From the NCBI GenBank assembly GCA_038128265.1, contig JAYPJE010000011.1, positions 1 to 43,301 of the forward strand: DNA of 43,301 bases. Reading direction: 5' to 3'. Source of the DNA: Gemmatimonadota bacterium (GTDB lineage: Bacteria; Latescibacterota; UBA2968; UBA8231). This document shows positions 32,871 to 40,485 of the stretch, one piece after another. Position 1 is the first letter of the stretch. The number at the start of each line of letters is the position of its first letter. Both the position numbers and the translations under genes were made by a program. The notes under the pieces are model-generated. The model was not told the DNA's origin and did not search any database. It worked only from the letters and a program-made list of their open reading frames with translations.

Positions 32871-32890
32871 GAGAAGGCATGAGGCGCGTA

Positions 32891-33466
32891 TTAGGTGCTC
32901 TGGTCGCCGCGGGCCATTACGACTTTGCCGGTGCGCACCATTTCCTTGATTTCGAATTTGTCCAACAGCGCGCGCAGGGCATCCATTTTCTCCGTCGTGC
33001 CCGTAGCTTCGATCGTAATGGTATCGGAGGAAATATCGACCGTCTTGCCGCGAAATACTTCGGCTATTTGCAGCACTTCAGTGCGTTCGGAGACCGTGCA
33101 GCCGATCTTGAACAGCGACAGTTCGCGGGCAATGGCTTGATCGTCGGTGTGGTCTTTGGCGTGTATGACATCAACCAATTTGTTCAGCTGCAGAATGATT
33201 TGTTGGAGCTCGCTCTCCGGTCCGATACAGGTGATGGTCATGCGTGACGTATTGGGAATATGGGCCTGCGAGACGACGAGGTTCTCAATGTTGTAACCGC
33301 GCCGGGCGAAAACCTGCGCGATGCGCACGAGCACGCCGGGGCGATCGTTGACGAGCAGGCCAATGGTAGACTTTTCGCTCGGCGTAGCTGCCCGCAGTTG
33401 GGGAGCATCGACGGCGGCCTGGCGCGCGTTGAGTTCCTTTTCGTCAAAGGCGATGGTGGGCTGCAT
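32891..33466 (-). CDS. ilvN: Acetolactate synthase small (regulatory) subunit
   Basis: ACT domain LLVNDRPGVLVRIAQVFARRGYNIENL, QLNKLVDV, RELSLFKI and EMVRTG; start MQPTI (33466), two bases after the ilvB stop. Confidence 0.94.
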   Translation of the reverse strand: MQPTIAFDEKELNARQAAVDAPQLRAATPSEKSTIGLLVNDRPGVLVRIAQVFARRGYNIENLVVSQAHIPNTSRMTITCIGPESELQQIILQLNKLVDVIHAKDHTDDQAIARELSLFKIGCTVSERTEVLQIAEVFRGKTVDISSDTITIEATGTTEKMDALRALLDKFEIKEMVRTGKVVMARGDQST

Positions 33467-33468
33467 GA

Positions 33469-35187
33469 TCAGGTACTCCCTTTGGGTTGCGCCAGCTTGT
33501 GCTTGGGCGCTTCTGTTAGCATCTCGCTTATGGCGGCGCCGGCCGGAATCATGGGGAAGACATTGTCTTCCTTTTCGCATTCGGCGTGGATGAGGCAGGG
33601 GCCGTCGTTGTAATCGAGGGCCTGCTTTAACACTTTGTCGATGTCGGCGGTGCGGCGCAGGTGAAAGCCCTTGCCGCCGTACGCTTCAATCAGCTTAACA
33701 AAGTCGGGGTTGCCGTCTAAGTCGACGCCGGACAGGCGGTTGTCGAAAAAGAGGTTCTGCCACTGACGGACCATGCCGAGATATTTGTTATCGAGGACCA
33801 GGATCTTGATGGGCAGGCGGTGTATACAGGCCGTGGCCAACTCGCATAGCGTCATCTGAAAACCGCCGTCACCGGCGATGGCGATAACTGTGTCGTCGGG
33901 CCGTCCAAACTGCGCGCCGATGGCGGCCGGGAAGCCAAAGCCCATGGTGCCGGCGCCGCCCGACGAAAGCCACTGCCTGTGGTGTGCCGTCTTGTAAAAC
34001 TGAGCGGCCCACATCTGGTGCTGGCCGACATCGGTTGTGACGATGGCGCGGCCTGCCGTCAAATGGTAGATCCGGTCGATTACGGCCTGCATTTTTAGAC
34101 CGCCGCGCTTGCCGTATTTCAGCGGGTATTTTTCCTTCCATCCGTCTATTTGCGCCAGCCACTCGGCGCTGTCTAGCGGTTCGACCAGGTTGATCAACTC
34201 CTCGAGAACTTGGCGCGCATCGCCCTCGATAAAGACATCTGGCATAACGACTTTGCCGTGTTCGGCCGGATCGATGTCAATGTGGATTTTCTTGGCATCG
34301 GGGCAGAACTCGGATAGCTTGCCGGTGATGCGATCATCCCAGCGGCCGCCGACGGACATGATCAGGTCGCACCCCACGACGGCTTTGTTGGCATAGGCTG
34401 TACCGTGCATTCCGAGCATGCCAACCGACAGTTCGTGCTGCTCGGGGAAGGCGCCCTTGCCCAGCAGGGTATTGGTAACGGCCATGCGCGTTTTTTCAGC
34501 AAAGGCCTTGGCCGCCTCGTGGGCTCCGGCGGCAATGCAGCCACCGCCTAGATAGAGCAGGGGACGTTTGCTCTGGCGAATGAGATCGGCCGCTTCGCGC
34601 ATTAACTCCGGGTTGGCCTTGGGCTGCCAGTGATAGCCGGGTAAATACACTTTCTCGGGAAAACTGGTCGTGCACTCTGGGAAAGGGGCACCCTGCGTTA
34701 CGTCCTTGGGCAGATCGATCAGCACGGGTCCCTTGCGCCCCGTGGTGGCAATGTGAAACGCCTCCATCATGATGCGGGGGATCTCGTCGGGATCCTTGAC
34801 CAAGTAGGAGTGCTTTACTACGGGCATGGAGATGCCGAATACGTCGGCTTCCTGAAAGGCGTCCTTGCCGAGCATCGAGGTGATGGTCTGCCCGGTAAGT
34901 ACAATAATGGGCGATGAGTCCATCTGGGCCGTTAACAGGCCGGTAATGGTGTTGGTGGCGCCCGGGCCCGACGTGACGAGAGCGACGCCGGGCTTGCCCG
35001 TTGCCCGCGCATAGCCGTCGGCCATGTGGGTGGCCCCCTGCTCGTGGCGCGTGAGCACGAACTTGATTTGGTCCGAATTGAGCAGGGCGTCAAAAATGGG
35101 CATGGCGGCCCCGCCGGGGTGGCCGAAGACGTACTCGACTCCGAAGCGGTCGAGTGCTTCAATGACGACGTCGGCTCCTCTAGCCAT
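33469..35187 (-). CDS. ilvB: Acetolactate synthase large subunit (biosynthetic)
   Basis: [42 protein letters not shown] (ThDP) and LGMVRQWQ motifs. Confidence 0.97.
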   Translation of the reverse strand: MARGADVVIEALDRFGVEYVFGHPGGAAMPIFDALLNSDQIKFVLTRHEQGATHMADGYARATGKPGVALVTSGPGATNTITGLLTAQMDSSPIIVLTGQTITSMLGKDAFQEADVFGISMPVVKHSYLVKDPDEIPRIMMEAFHIATTGRKGPVLIDLPKDVTQGAPFPECTTSFPEKVYLPGYHWQPKANPELMREAADLIRQSKRPLLYLGGGCIAAGAHEAAKAFAEKTRMAVTNTLLGKGAFPEQHELSVGMLGMHGTAYANKAVVGCDLIMSVGGRWDDRITGKLSEFCPDAKKIHIDIDPAEHGKVVMPDVFIEGDARQVLEELINLVEPLDSAEWLAQIDGWKEKYPLKYGKRGGLKMQAVIDRIYHLTAGRAIVTTDVGQHQMWAAQFYKTAHHRQWLSSGGAGTMGFGFPAAIGAQFGRPDDTVIAIAGDGGFQMTLCELATACIHRLPIKILVLDNKYLGMVRQWQNLFFDNRLSGVDLDGNPDFVKLIEAYGGKGFHLRRTADIDKVLKQALDYNDGPCLIHAECEKEDNVFPMIPAGAAISEMLTEAPKHKLAQPKGST

Positions 35188-35233
35188 GATATTTCTCCCT
35201 ATAGGAATGTATTATGTTTACCTGCAAAGATAA

Positions 35234-35257
35234 ATTTAAGCCTATTTCGGCTTAAAT
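35234..35257. promoter_or_regulatory. Palindrome in the ilvB upstream region (possible operator)
   Basis: ATTTAAGCC-TATTTC-GGCTTAAAT lies within a possible minus-strand TTGCCA-N17/18-TAAAT promoter in an AT-rich intergenic region. Confidence 0.45.
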
Positions 35258-35406
35258 GGCAATGAAAATTTTAGATTGAAAGCAATTTTGGTGAAAAAAG
35301 GCGCGTATTTCTTAGTGGAGAGCACGCAAAAGTCCACTTTGACTGAAAATAGTGTTTAAACGTATGAGTAGCTCTGCCGAGGGGCCCGTAGAGGCTTGTA
35401 AGGGAA

Positions 35407-36492
35407 TTAGTGCGACCAGGTTCGGCGAAAGAGGTCGATCCAGTGGCCGGAAAAAATGCCGGCAATCGTTGCGTGATCGTAGCCGCGCCCTTGGAAGATG
35501 GCTACCAGCTTCTGCAGGTCGGCGATGGTATTGAGGTCGCGCGGGGCCTGTTCGGTGCCAAAGCCGCCGTCCAGATCGGTGCCAATGCCGCAGTGACGCG
35601 CCGTGCCCAACAGCTGGCACACATAGTCGATGTGATCGGCTACGGTTTCTAGCGTCGCCTGAGTTTGCTGGGCAAAGGCGGGGAGCTTGCGCTGCCAGGT
35701 TGGATCGAGCATCCAGGCGTCGAGCGCTGCGCCGATCACGCCATCGCGCTCGGCTATGGAGCGAATCATCTCGTCCGTTAGCTGGCGCTGCCCGGGCGTG
35801 AGTGCGCGACAGTTGTGGTGCGAGGCGGCAATGGGTCCATCGTATACTTCGAGCAGCTCCCAGTGCGCCTGGTCGGTCAGGTGGGTTACGTCGACAATAA
35901 TACCAGAGGCGTGCAGCGCGTCGAGTAGCGGCTTCGCCGGAGGGAGCAGGCCGCCCTCGGTGCCGGTGCCGTGCGAGTAGGTGCTGGTTCCGTAGTGCGA
36001 AATGCTCACCATACGCAGGCCCAGATCGTACCATTCGGGCACCTGGTCGGGGCCGAGAATGGGGTCTGCGCTTTCCATGGCGAGAATGAGACCGATGGGC
36101 TCGTCGGCCGAAGGATTTTGCCAGGCGGCAACGGATGCATCGAGGTCGGCAACCGTTTTGATAAAGCGGATATATCCGGCTCTTTCCAATGCCTGATAGT
36201 AGGCCAGGTGCCCTCGGCCGACGCCGTGACACTGCGCTTGGGTGTACATGCCGGTGCGCGTCCATTTATCGTCCGGGTCCAACCGCGACATCACCGTGCC
36301 GCAGACGAGCCCGATCTTTCCCTTGCGCAGCTCGGGCAAGGTAACGGTGCAAGAGCCAAAACCTTCCATGGTCGCGATCGAATCGTGTACGCGGACGGTG
36401 GCTGCCGGCTGGGTTAGATCGCGATTGATCTGCAGAGCGGAAAACGAAAGGTCGAGGTGACTGTCGAGTATGAGGGGGCGATCGTCGCGCAT
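35407..36492 (-). CDS. Membrane dipeptidase-like (peptidase M19) amidohydrolase, paralogue B
   Basis: DSHLD, MESAD, DVTH, ASHHN, HIDY and GTDLDGG motifs; no signal peptide. Confidence 0.9.
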   Translation of the reverse strand: MRDDRPLILDSHLDLSFSALQINRDLTQPAATVRVHDSIATMEGFGSCTVTLPELRKGKIGLVCGTVMSRLDPDDKWTRTGMYTQAQCHGVGRGHLAYYQALERAGYIRFIKTVADLDASVAAWQNPSADEPIGLILAMESADPILGPDQVPEWYDLGLRMVSISHYGTSTYSHGTGTEGGLLPPAKPLLDALHASGIIVDVTHLTDQAHWELLEVYDGPIAASHHNCRALTPGQRQLTDEMIRSIAERDGVIGAALDAWMLDPTWQRKLPAFAQQTQATLETVADHIDYVCQLLGTARHCGIGTDLDGGFGTEQAPRDLNTIADLQKLVAIFQGRGYDHATIAGIFSGHWIDLFRRTWSH

Positions 36493-36495
36493 GGT

Positions 36496-37629
36496 TTAGC
36501 TCCAGGTTTGGCGAAAAAAGCGCACCAAGTTGCCGTGGGCAATGGCCTCTATATCGGCTGTGCTATAACCCCGGCGGGCCAGCAGGTCGAGAAAGCGCTG
36601 GAGGTCGGCAATGGTGTCGAGATCGGTGGGGGAGAGCTCGCGGCCAAAGCCGCCGTCGAGATCGGAGCCAATAGCCACGTGCTGGCAGTTACCGGCTAGC
36701 TGGCAAATGTGGTCGATGTGGTCAATGGCGGCGCTCATGCTGCGCCGAGCCGTGCGCGGATACGTGGCCGGGTTGTCGAAATCGATCTCCGGGTTGAGCA
36801 TGTATTCGGCAAAGACCATGCCGATCACGCCGCCGCGCTCGATGAGCGCCTTGATCATTTCGTCGCTCAGATGGCGCTGGCCGGGTACGAGCGTGCGGCA
36901 CATGCAGTGGCTGGCGTGCACGGCGCCCTGCCAATAGTCGAGCAGTTGCCAAAAGGTTAGGTCGGCGGCGTGTGTCAGGTCGAGCGCAATATTCGTCTCG
37001 GCCAGCGCGTCGAGCAGGGGATAGGCGCAGGCGTATAAGCCGCCGCGCGTGCCGGTGCCGTGTCCCCACGTGTTGGCGCCAAAATGCGTCAGCCCAACGG
37101 ACCGCAGCCCCTGTTCATACCACCAGCCGACCTGGTCGGGGTCGAGAATAGAGTCGGCGCTTTCCATCGACAGGATCAGGCCTATGGGCGCGTCGGGTGC
37201 CGGGGCGGACCAAGCCTGTAGGCTTGCGTCCAAATCGTCTACGCCGTGGATAAAGCGCAGGTGCCCCTCGCGCTCCAGCGCTTTGTAATAGTGCAGATGC
37301 GCCTGGCCGAGGGCGTGTGCCGCCAACTGCGTGCGCGCGCCATCATCGAGCGTTTGCGTGGGCATTTGCACGCGGGTCATAATGGTCGAAAGCGCGATGC
37401 CGATCTGGCCGCGGCGCATTTCGGGTAGGGAGACCGTAGCCGTGCCCCTGGCCGGGCTTTCCTGGCGCTTGCGCTCGCGCAGCGAGTCGGGATGGGTTGG
37501 CCCCGGCGGGCGCGGATCCTCGCGTTCGCGGAGTGCATAGACGTCTTGCGTCAGATCGCGCCGGTGGAAGAGCGCATTATAGGCTAGGTCGAGATGACCA
37601 TCGAGTATCAGCATTGGATGTGTAGACAT
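36496..37629 (-). CDS. Membrane dipeptidase-like (peptidase M19) amidohydrolase, paralogue A
   Basis: DGHLD, MESAD, DLTH, ASHC, HIDHI and GSDLDGG motifs; start MSTHPM (37629). Confidence 0.9.
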   Translation of the reverse strand: MSTHPMLILDGHLDLAYNALFHRRDLTQDVYALREREDPRPPGPTHPDSLRERKRQESPARGTATVSLPEMRRGQIGIALSTIMTRVQMPTQTLDDGARTQLAAHALGQAHLHYYKALEREGHLRFIHGVDDLDASLQAWSAPAPDAPIGLILSMESADSILDPDQVGWWYEQGLRSVGLTHFGANTWGHGTGTRGGLYACAYPLLDALAETNIALDLTHAADLTFWQLLDYWQGAVHASHCMCRTLVPGQRHLSDEMIKALIERGGVIGMVFAEYMLNPEIDFDNPATYPRTARRSMSAAIDHIDHICQLAGNCQHVAIGSDLDGGFGRELSPTDLDTIADLQRFLDLLARRGYSTADIEAIAHGNLVRFFRQTWS

Positions 37630-37712
37630 AGGGATCCCGCCGTGGAATGTGCGCGGAGCGCGCAAGGGGCTATGGTGGTCGCTGCCTTGTGTGAGCGTGC
37701 CGTGTGGATGCG

Positions 37713-38825
37713 CTATGCCACCAGAAACTTTGCCAGCGTATCTTCGTCAATTGTCACGCCCAGCCCGGGGGCTGCGGGTACGTGAACGTAGCCGTCGACC
37801 ACGTCGAACGTCTCGCGCGTCAGTTCGTGGCGCAGCGGCGAGTCGGCCATGCAGTATTCAAAGAGTGCACCATGCGGCACGGCGGCTAAACCGTGCAGGG
37901 ATGCGGCAATGGTAATGCCGCTTTTAAAGCTGTGGTTGACTACTTTGCGGTGCAGCCTGTGCGCTAGGCGGCCTACTTCGACCATGGTGGATATGCCGCA
38001 GCGGCCCGGGTCGGGCTGGACCCAGTCTATATCGCCCTCCACTAATAGGCGCTCGAAATCCTGCAGATTCGATTCGGCTTCTCCGGTGGCTATCGGCACT
38101 GGGCTAGCGCCGCAGAGCTGGGCATAGCCGGCCACGTCCTGTGGGTGCAGCGGCTCTTCCAGCCAGAAGATGCCGTATTCGGCAAAGGCCTCGGCGCGCT
38201 GCAGAGCCGTTTTCCAGTCCCATACCTGGCCGGCATCGACGAGCACATCGACGTCGTCTCCGGCGCCTCGGCGCGCTTCGCGCACGAGGGCGATATCGTT
38301 TTCTTCGCTCTGTCCCATTGGACCCCAACCGAATTTAATGGCGGTGAATCCCATATCGGCGTGTTTGCGCGCCAGCTCGTATGTCTCTTCGGGCGTATCG
38401 CCGAAGAGGATGGAGCAATAGGCGCGAAACTTGGTCTCGAAGGGGCCGCCAAACAGCTGGTGGACGGGCGCGCCGTGTGCCTTGCCGGCAATATCCCACA
38501 GGGCCTGGTTGATGCCGGCCATGGCGTGGGATCCCACGCCGACGCGGCCGTAGTAGTTGGCCGCTGCGTCCATGCGCGCCATGCAGGCTTCGACGGCCAG
38601 CGGATCGGCGCCCACGAGCGCGTTGGCCAAACCGTTGCAGATCTGGTGCGATAGCGGGGCTTCGATCACGGCCTTGACTACGCTCGGGCAGGAATCGACT
38701 TCGCCCCAGCCGCTGATGCCCGCATCGGTCTCGACGTGGATAAGGCAGGTATCTTGCGTGCCTTCGCAAATGGCGCTCACTTCGGGTAGGCGCAGCACGT
38801 GGGCGTGCACGGCGGTAATTTTCAT
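37713..38825 (-). CDS. Mandelate racemase/muconate lactonising enzyme family protein (MR subgroup)
   Basis: ETDAGISGWGE, ALWDIAGK, AIKFG, LVDAG, LEEP, TGE, QPD and NH (His-Asp dyad positions), PGLGV. Confidence 0.92.
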   Translation of the reverse strand: MKITAVHAHVLRLPEVSAICEGTQDTCLIHVETDAGISGWGEVDSCPSVVKAVIEAPLSHQICNGLANALVGADPLAVEACMARMDAAANYYGRVGVGSHAMAGINQALWDIAGKAHGAPVHQLFGGPFETKFRAYCSILFGDTPEETYELARKHADMGFTAIKFGWGPMGQSEENDIALVREARRGAGDDVDVLVDAGQVWDWKTALQRAEAFAEYGIFWLEEPLHPQDVAGYAQLCGASPVPIATGEAESNLQDFERLLVEGDIDWVQPDPGRCGISTMVEVGRLAHRLHRKVVNHSFKSGITIAASLHGLAAVPHGALFEYCMADSPLRHELTRETFDVVDGYVHVPAAPGLGVTIDEDTLAKFLVA

Positions 38826-38840
38826 AGATGGAATACTCGT

Positions 38841-40475
38841 TTAAAAGGTGAATACGGTTTCGATGGTCATGATTTTGCGCGAGCGCAGCTGGCGATTGGC
38901 GTCCCGTTCAAAAACAAAGCGCGTATCCCACAGCACGTTGACTCCACTGCTCATCTCCAGCCCCAATTCGTAGCCGTAGAACGCATCCTCAGTGGGTTCA
39001 AAAAAACCGTCTGAGCCGGTGCCTTTCTCGTTGAGTCGAGCACCGATATTGTTTTTCTGGTAGTATGCGCGTGCGCGGGTGAGGCGCGGTATGGACTTCA
39101 GCAGGGCAGGAGCCAAGTGGACATTGGTTAGCAGCTGCTGTTTGGGGTCGTCGCTGCCAGATAGATACTGATAGGCCGCTGAAGCATACAGATACGCGCC
39201 CAAATCGGCTCCCAGACGACCGAACACGCCGGACAGCGGGTCGCTTTGGACGAGCAGTGCGTCTTTGGCGCGCGCGCGGCCCGAAGCGATGTCAATGCGG
39301 GCGCGGTCGAGTTCGTATAGTTCATCGAAATAGCGCGCGTCAAAGTCATCGCGGAAATGGCGGAACTCGATCTGGCCGTCGAGGGGGCCAGCACGCAGCC
39401 ACAGGCCCGGGGCGGCAATGCCCCATCCCTCGGCGCGGCGATTGCCCGGCACCAGTCCTTGGGCGTTGGCTTCAAAGGCGCTGAGGTCATCTTCGTCGTC
39501 GACTAGCAGGGCAAACTGGCCGTATAGCTTGAGCTGCAGAGCCTCTCGCTCGCTGAGCGGGTAGCCCGCATCGAAGCCCAAAATGGCGAAGCGGTCGCGC
39601 CCTACCAGATCTCTGTTAAAGGGCTTTCTGCGAGAGACTTCTGTGTCGACGGCAAAGGCGTCGCCGTAATCGGCATTGAGCTGTTCCAATGTGGCTGCTA
39701 CGGCCGGAGGGATCCCGCTTTCGCTGTCGATGTCGATGGCCCCGTCGTTGTCGTCGTCGCTGTCGATCTCGTCGGGGACTCCGTCGCCGTCGTTGTCGAG
39801 TGCCAGTTCGCTATTGGCGGGAAAGGCGTCGACTTCGTCGGGAAAGCCGTCGCCGTCGCGGTCGCGCAATCCGCTGTACTGATCGAGGTCGACCACATAG
39901 GTCACGCCTAGCTCGAGCTTGCCCACCGCGCGGGCAAAGGCGCGCAGGCCGACGAGGCCGCCTCCCTGCTGAAAGTCCTGGATGTTGTTCACTACGCCCT
40001 CTATGCCCAGAGGGCTTCCGGCGATCTCTTCAAAGCGAAACTGGACGCCGGTCTTCTTGATGCCGGGATATTGCAGGGTGTTTCTGTAGTCGGACATGAT
40101 GAGCCCATAGCCCAGCCCAACTCTATCCAGCGCGCCGATCTTAAAATAGACCGGATCGCTTGGGCGTCCGTAGCGCACGTAGTATATCTTGCGCAGAAAG
40201 GAGTCGAGCGCCTCCGTCGATGAGCCAAAACGCCAGCCGCGTGCGCTCACGTCGCCATCGGAATCGATGAATAGCTCGATGTCGAGAGCAAAGCCCCATC
40301 GGCCCACGGGAATATCCGGTCGCATGCTGAGTCGGTAGAACTGCTCTTGGCCAATGGTGACGCTACCCATGCTGCCGCTCAGCGCGGGGCGTGCCATTTC
40401 GTCCTGTGCCTGCGCGCAGGGAGCAATACTCAGGATAATCGATATAACAATCGATGGGCGAATGCCGATTTTCAT
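38841..40475 (-). CDS. Putative outer-membrane beta-barrel protein with thrombospondin type-3-like Ca-binding repeats
   Basis: Signal peptide (AQA), alternating beta-strand pattern, C-terminal TIETVFTF, internal DRDGDGFPD and DNDGDGVPD..DSDDDNDG repeats. AGGAGG RBS before ATG 40475. Confidence 0.7.
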   Translation of the reverse strand: MKIGIRPSIVISIILSIAPCAQAQDEMARPALSGSMGSVTIGQEQFYRLSMRPDIPVGRWGFALDIELFIDSDGDVSARGWRFGSSTEALDSFLRKIYYVRYGRPSDPVYFKIGALDRVGLGYGLIMSDYRNTLQYPGIKKTGVQFRFEEIAGSPLGIEGVVNNIQDFQQGGGLVGLRAFARAVGKLELGVTYVVDLDQYSGLRDRDGDGFPDEVDAFPANSELALDNDGDGVPDEIDSDDDNDGAIDIDSESGIPPAVAATLEQLNADYGDAFAVDTEVSRRKPFNRDLVGRDRFAILGFDAGYPLSEREALQLKLYGQFALLVDDEDDLSAFEANAQGLVPGNRRAEGWGIAAPGLWLRAGPLDGQIEFRHFRDDFDARYFDELYELDRARIDIASGRARAKDALLVQSDPLSGVFGRLGADLGAYLYASAAYQYLSGSDDPKQQLLTNVHLAPALLKSIPRLTRARAYYQKNNIGARLNEKGTGSDGFFEPTEDAFYGYELGLEMSSGVNVLWDTRFVFERDANRQLRSRKIMTIETVFTF

Positions 40476-40485
40476 GGAATGCCTC

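Noticed and set aside
35225..35232. Bacteroidota-type TAnnTTTG promoter element upstream of ilvB
   Set aside because: It is a single occurrence; other promoters in the window fit the canonical TTGnnn-17-TAnnnT pattern.
35321..35336. GG-N10-GC on the minus strand upstream of ilvB (TGGACTTTTGCGTGCT)
   Set aside because: It lacks the CAC/CAT after GG and the TT before GC, so it is a poor sigma-54 match.
35271..35465. 64-aa minus-strand ORF as an ilvB leader peptide
   Set aside because: It starts inside the M19 gene, is not enriched in Ile/Leu/Val runs, and no terminator/antiterminator pair follows.
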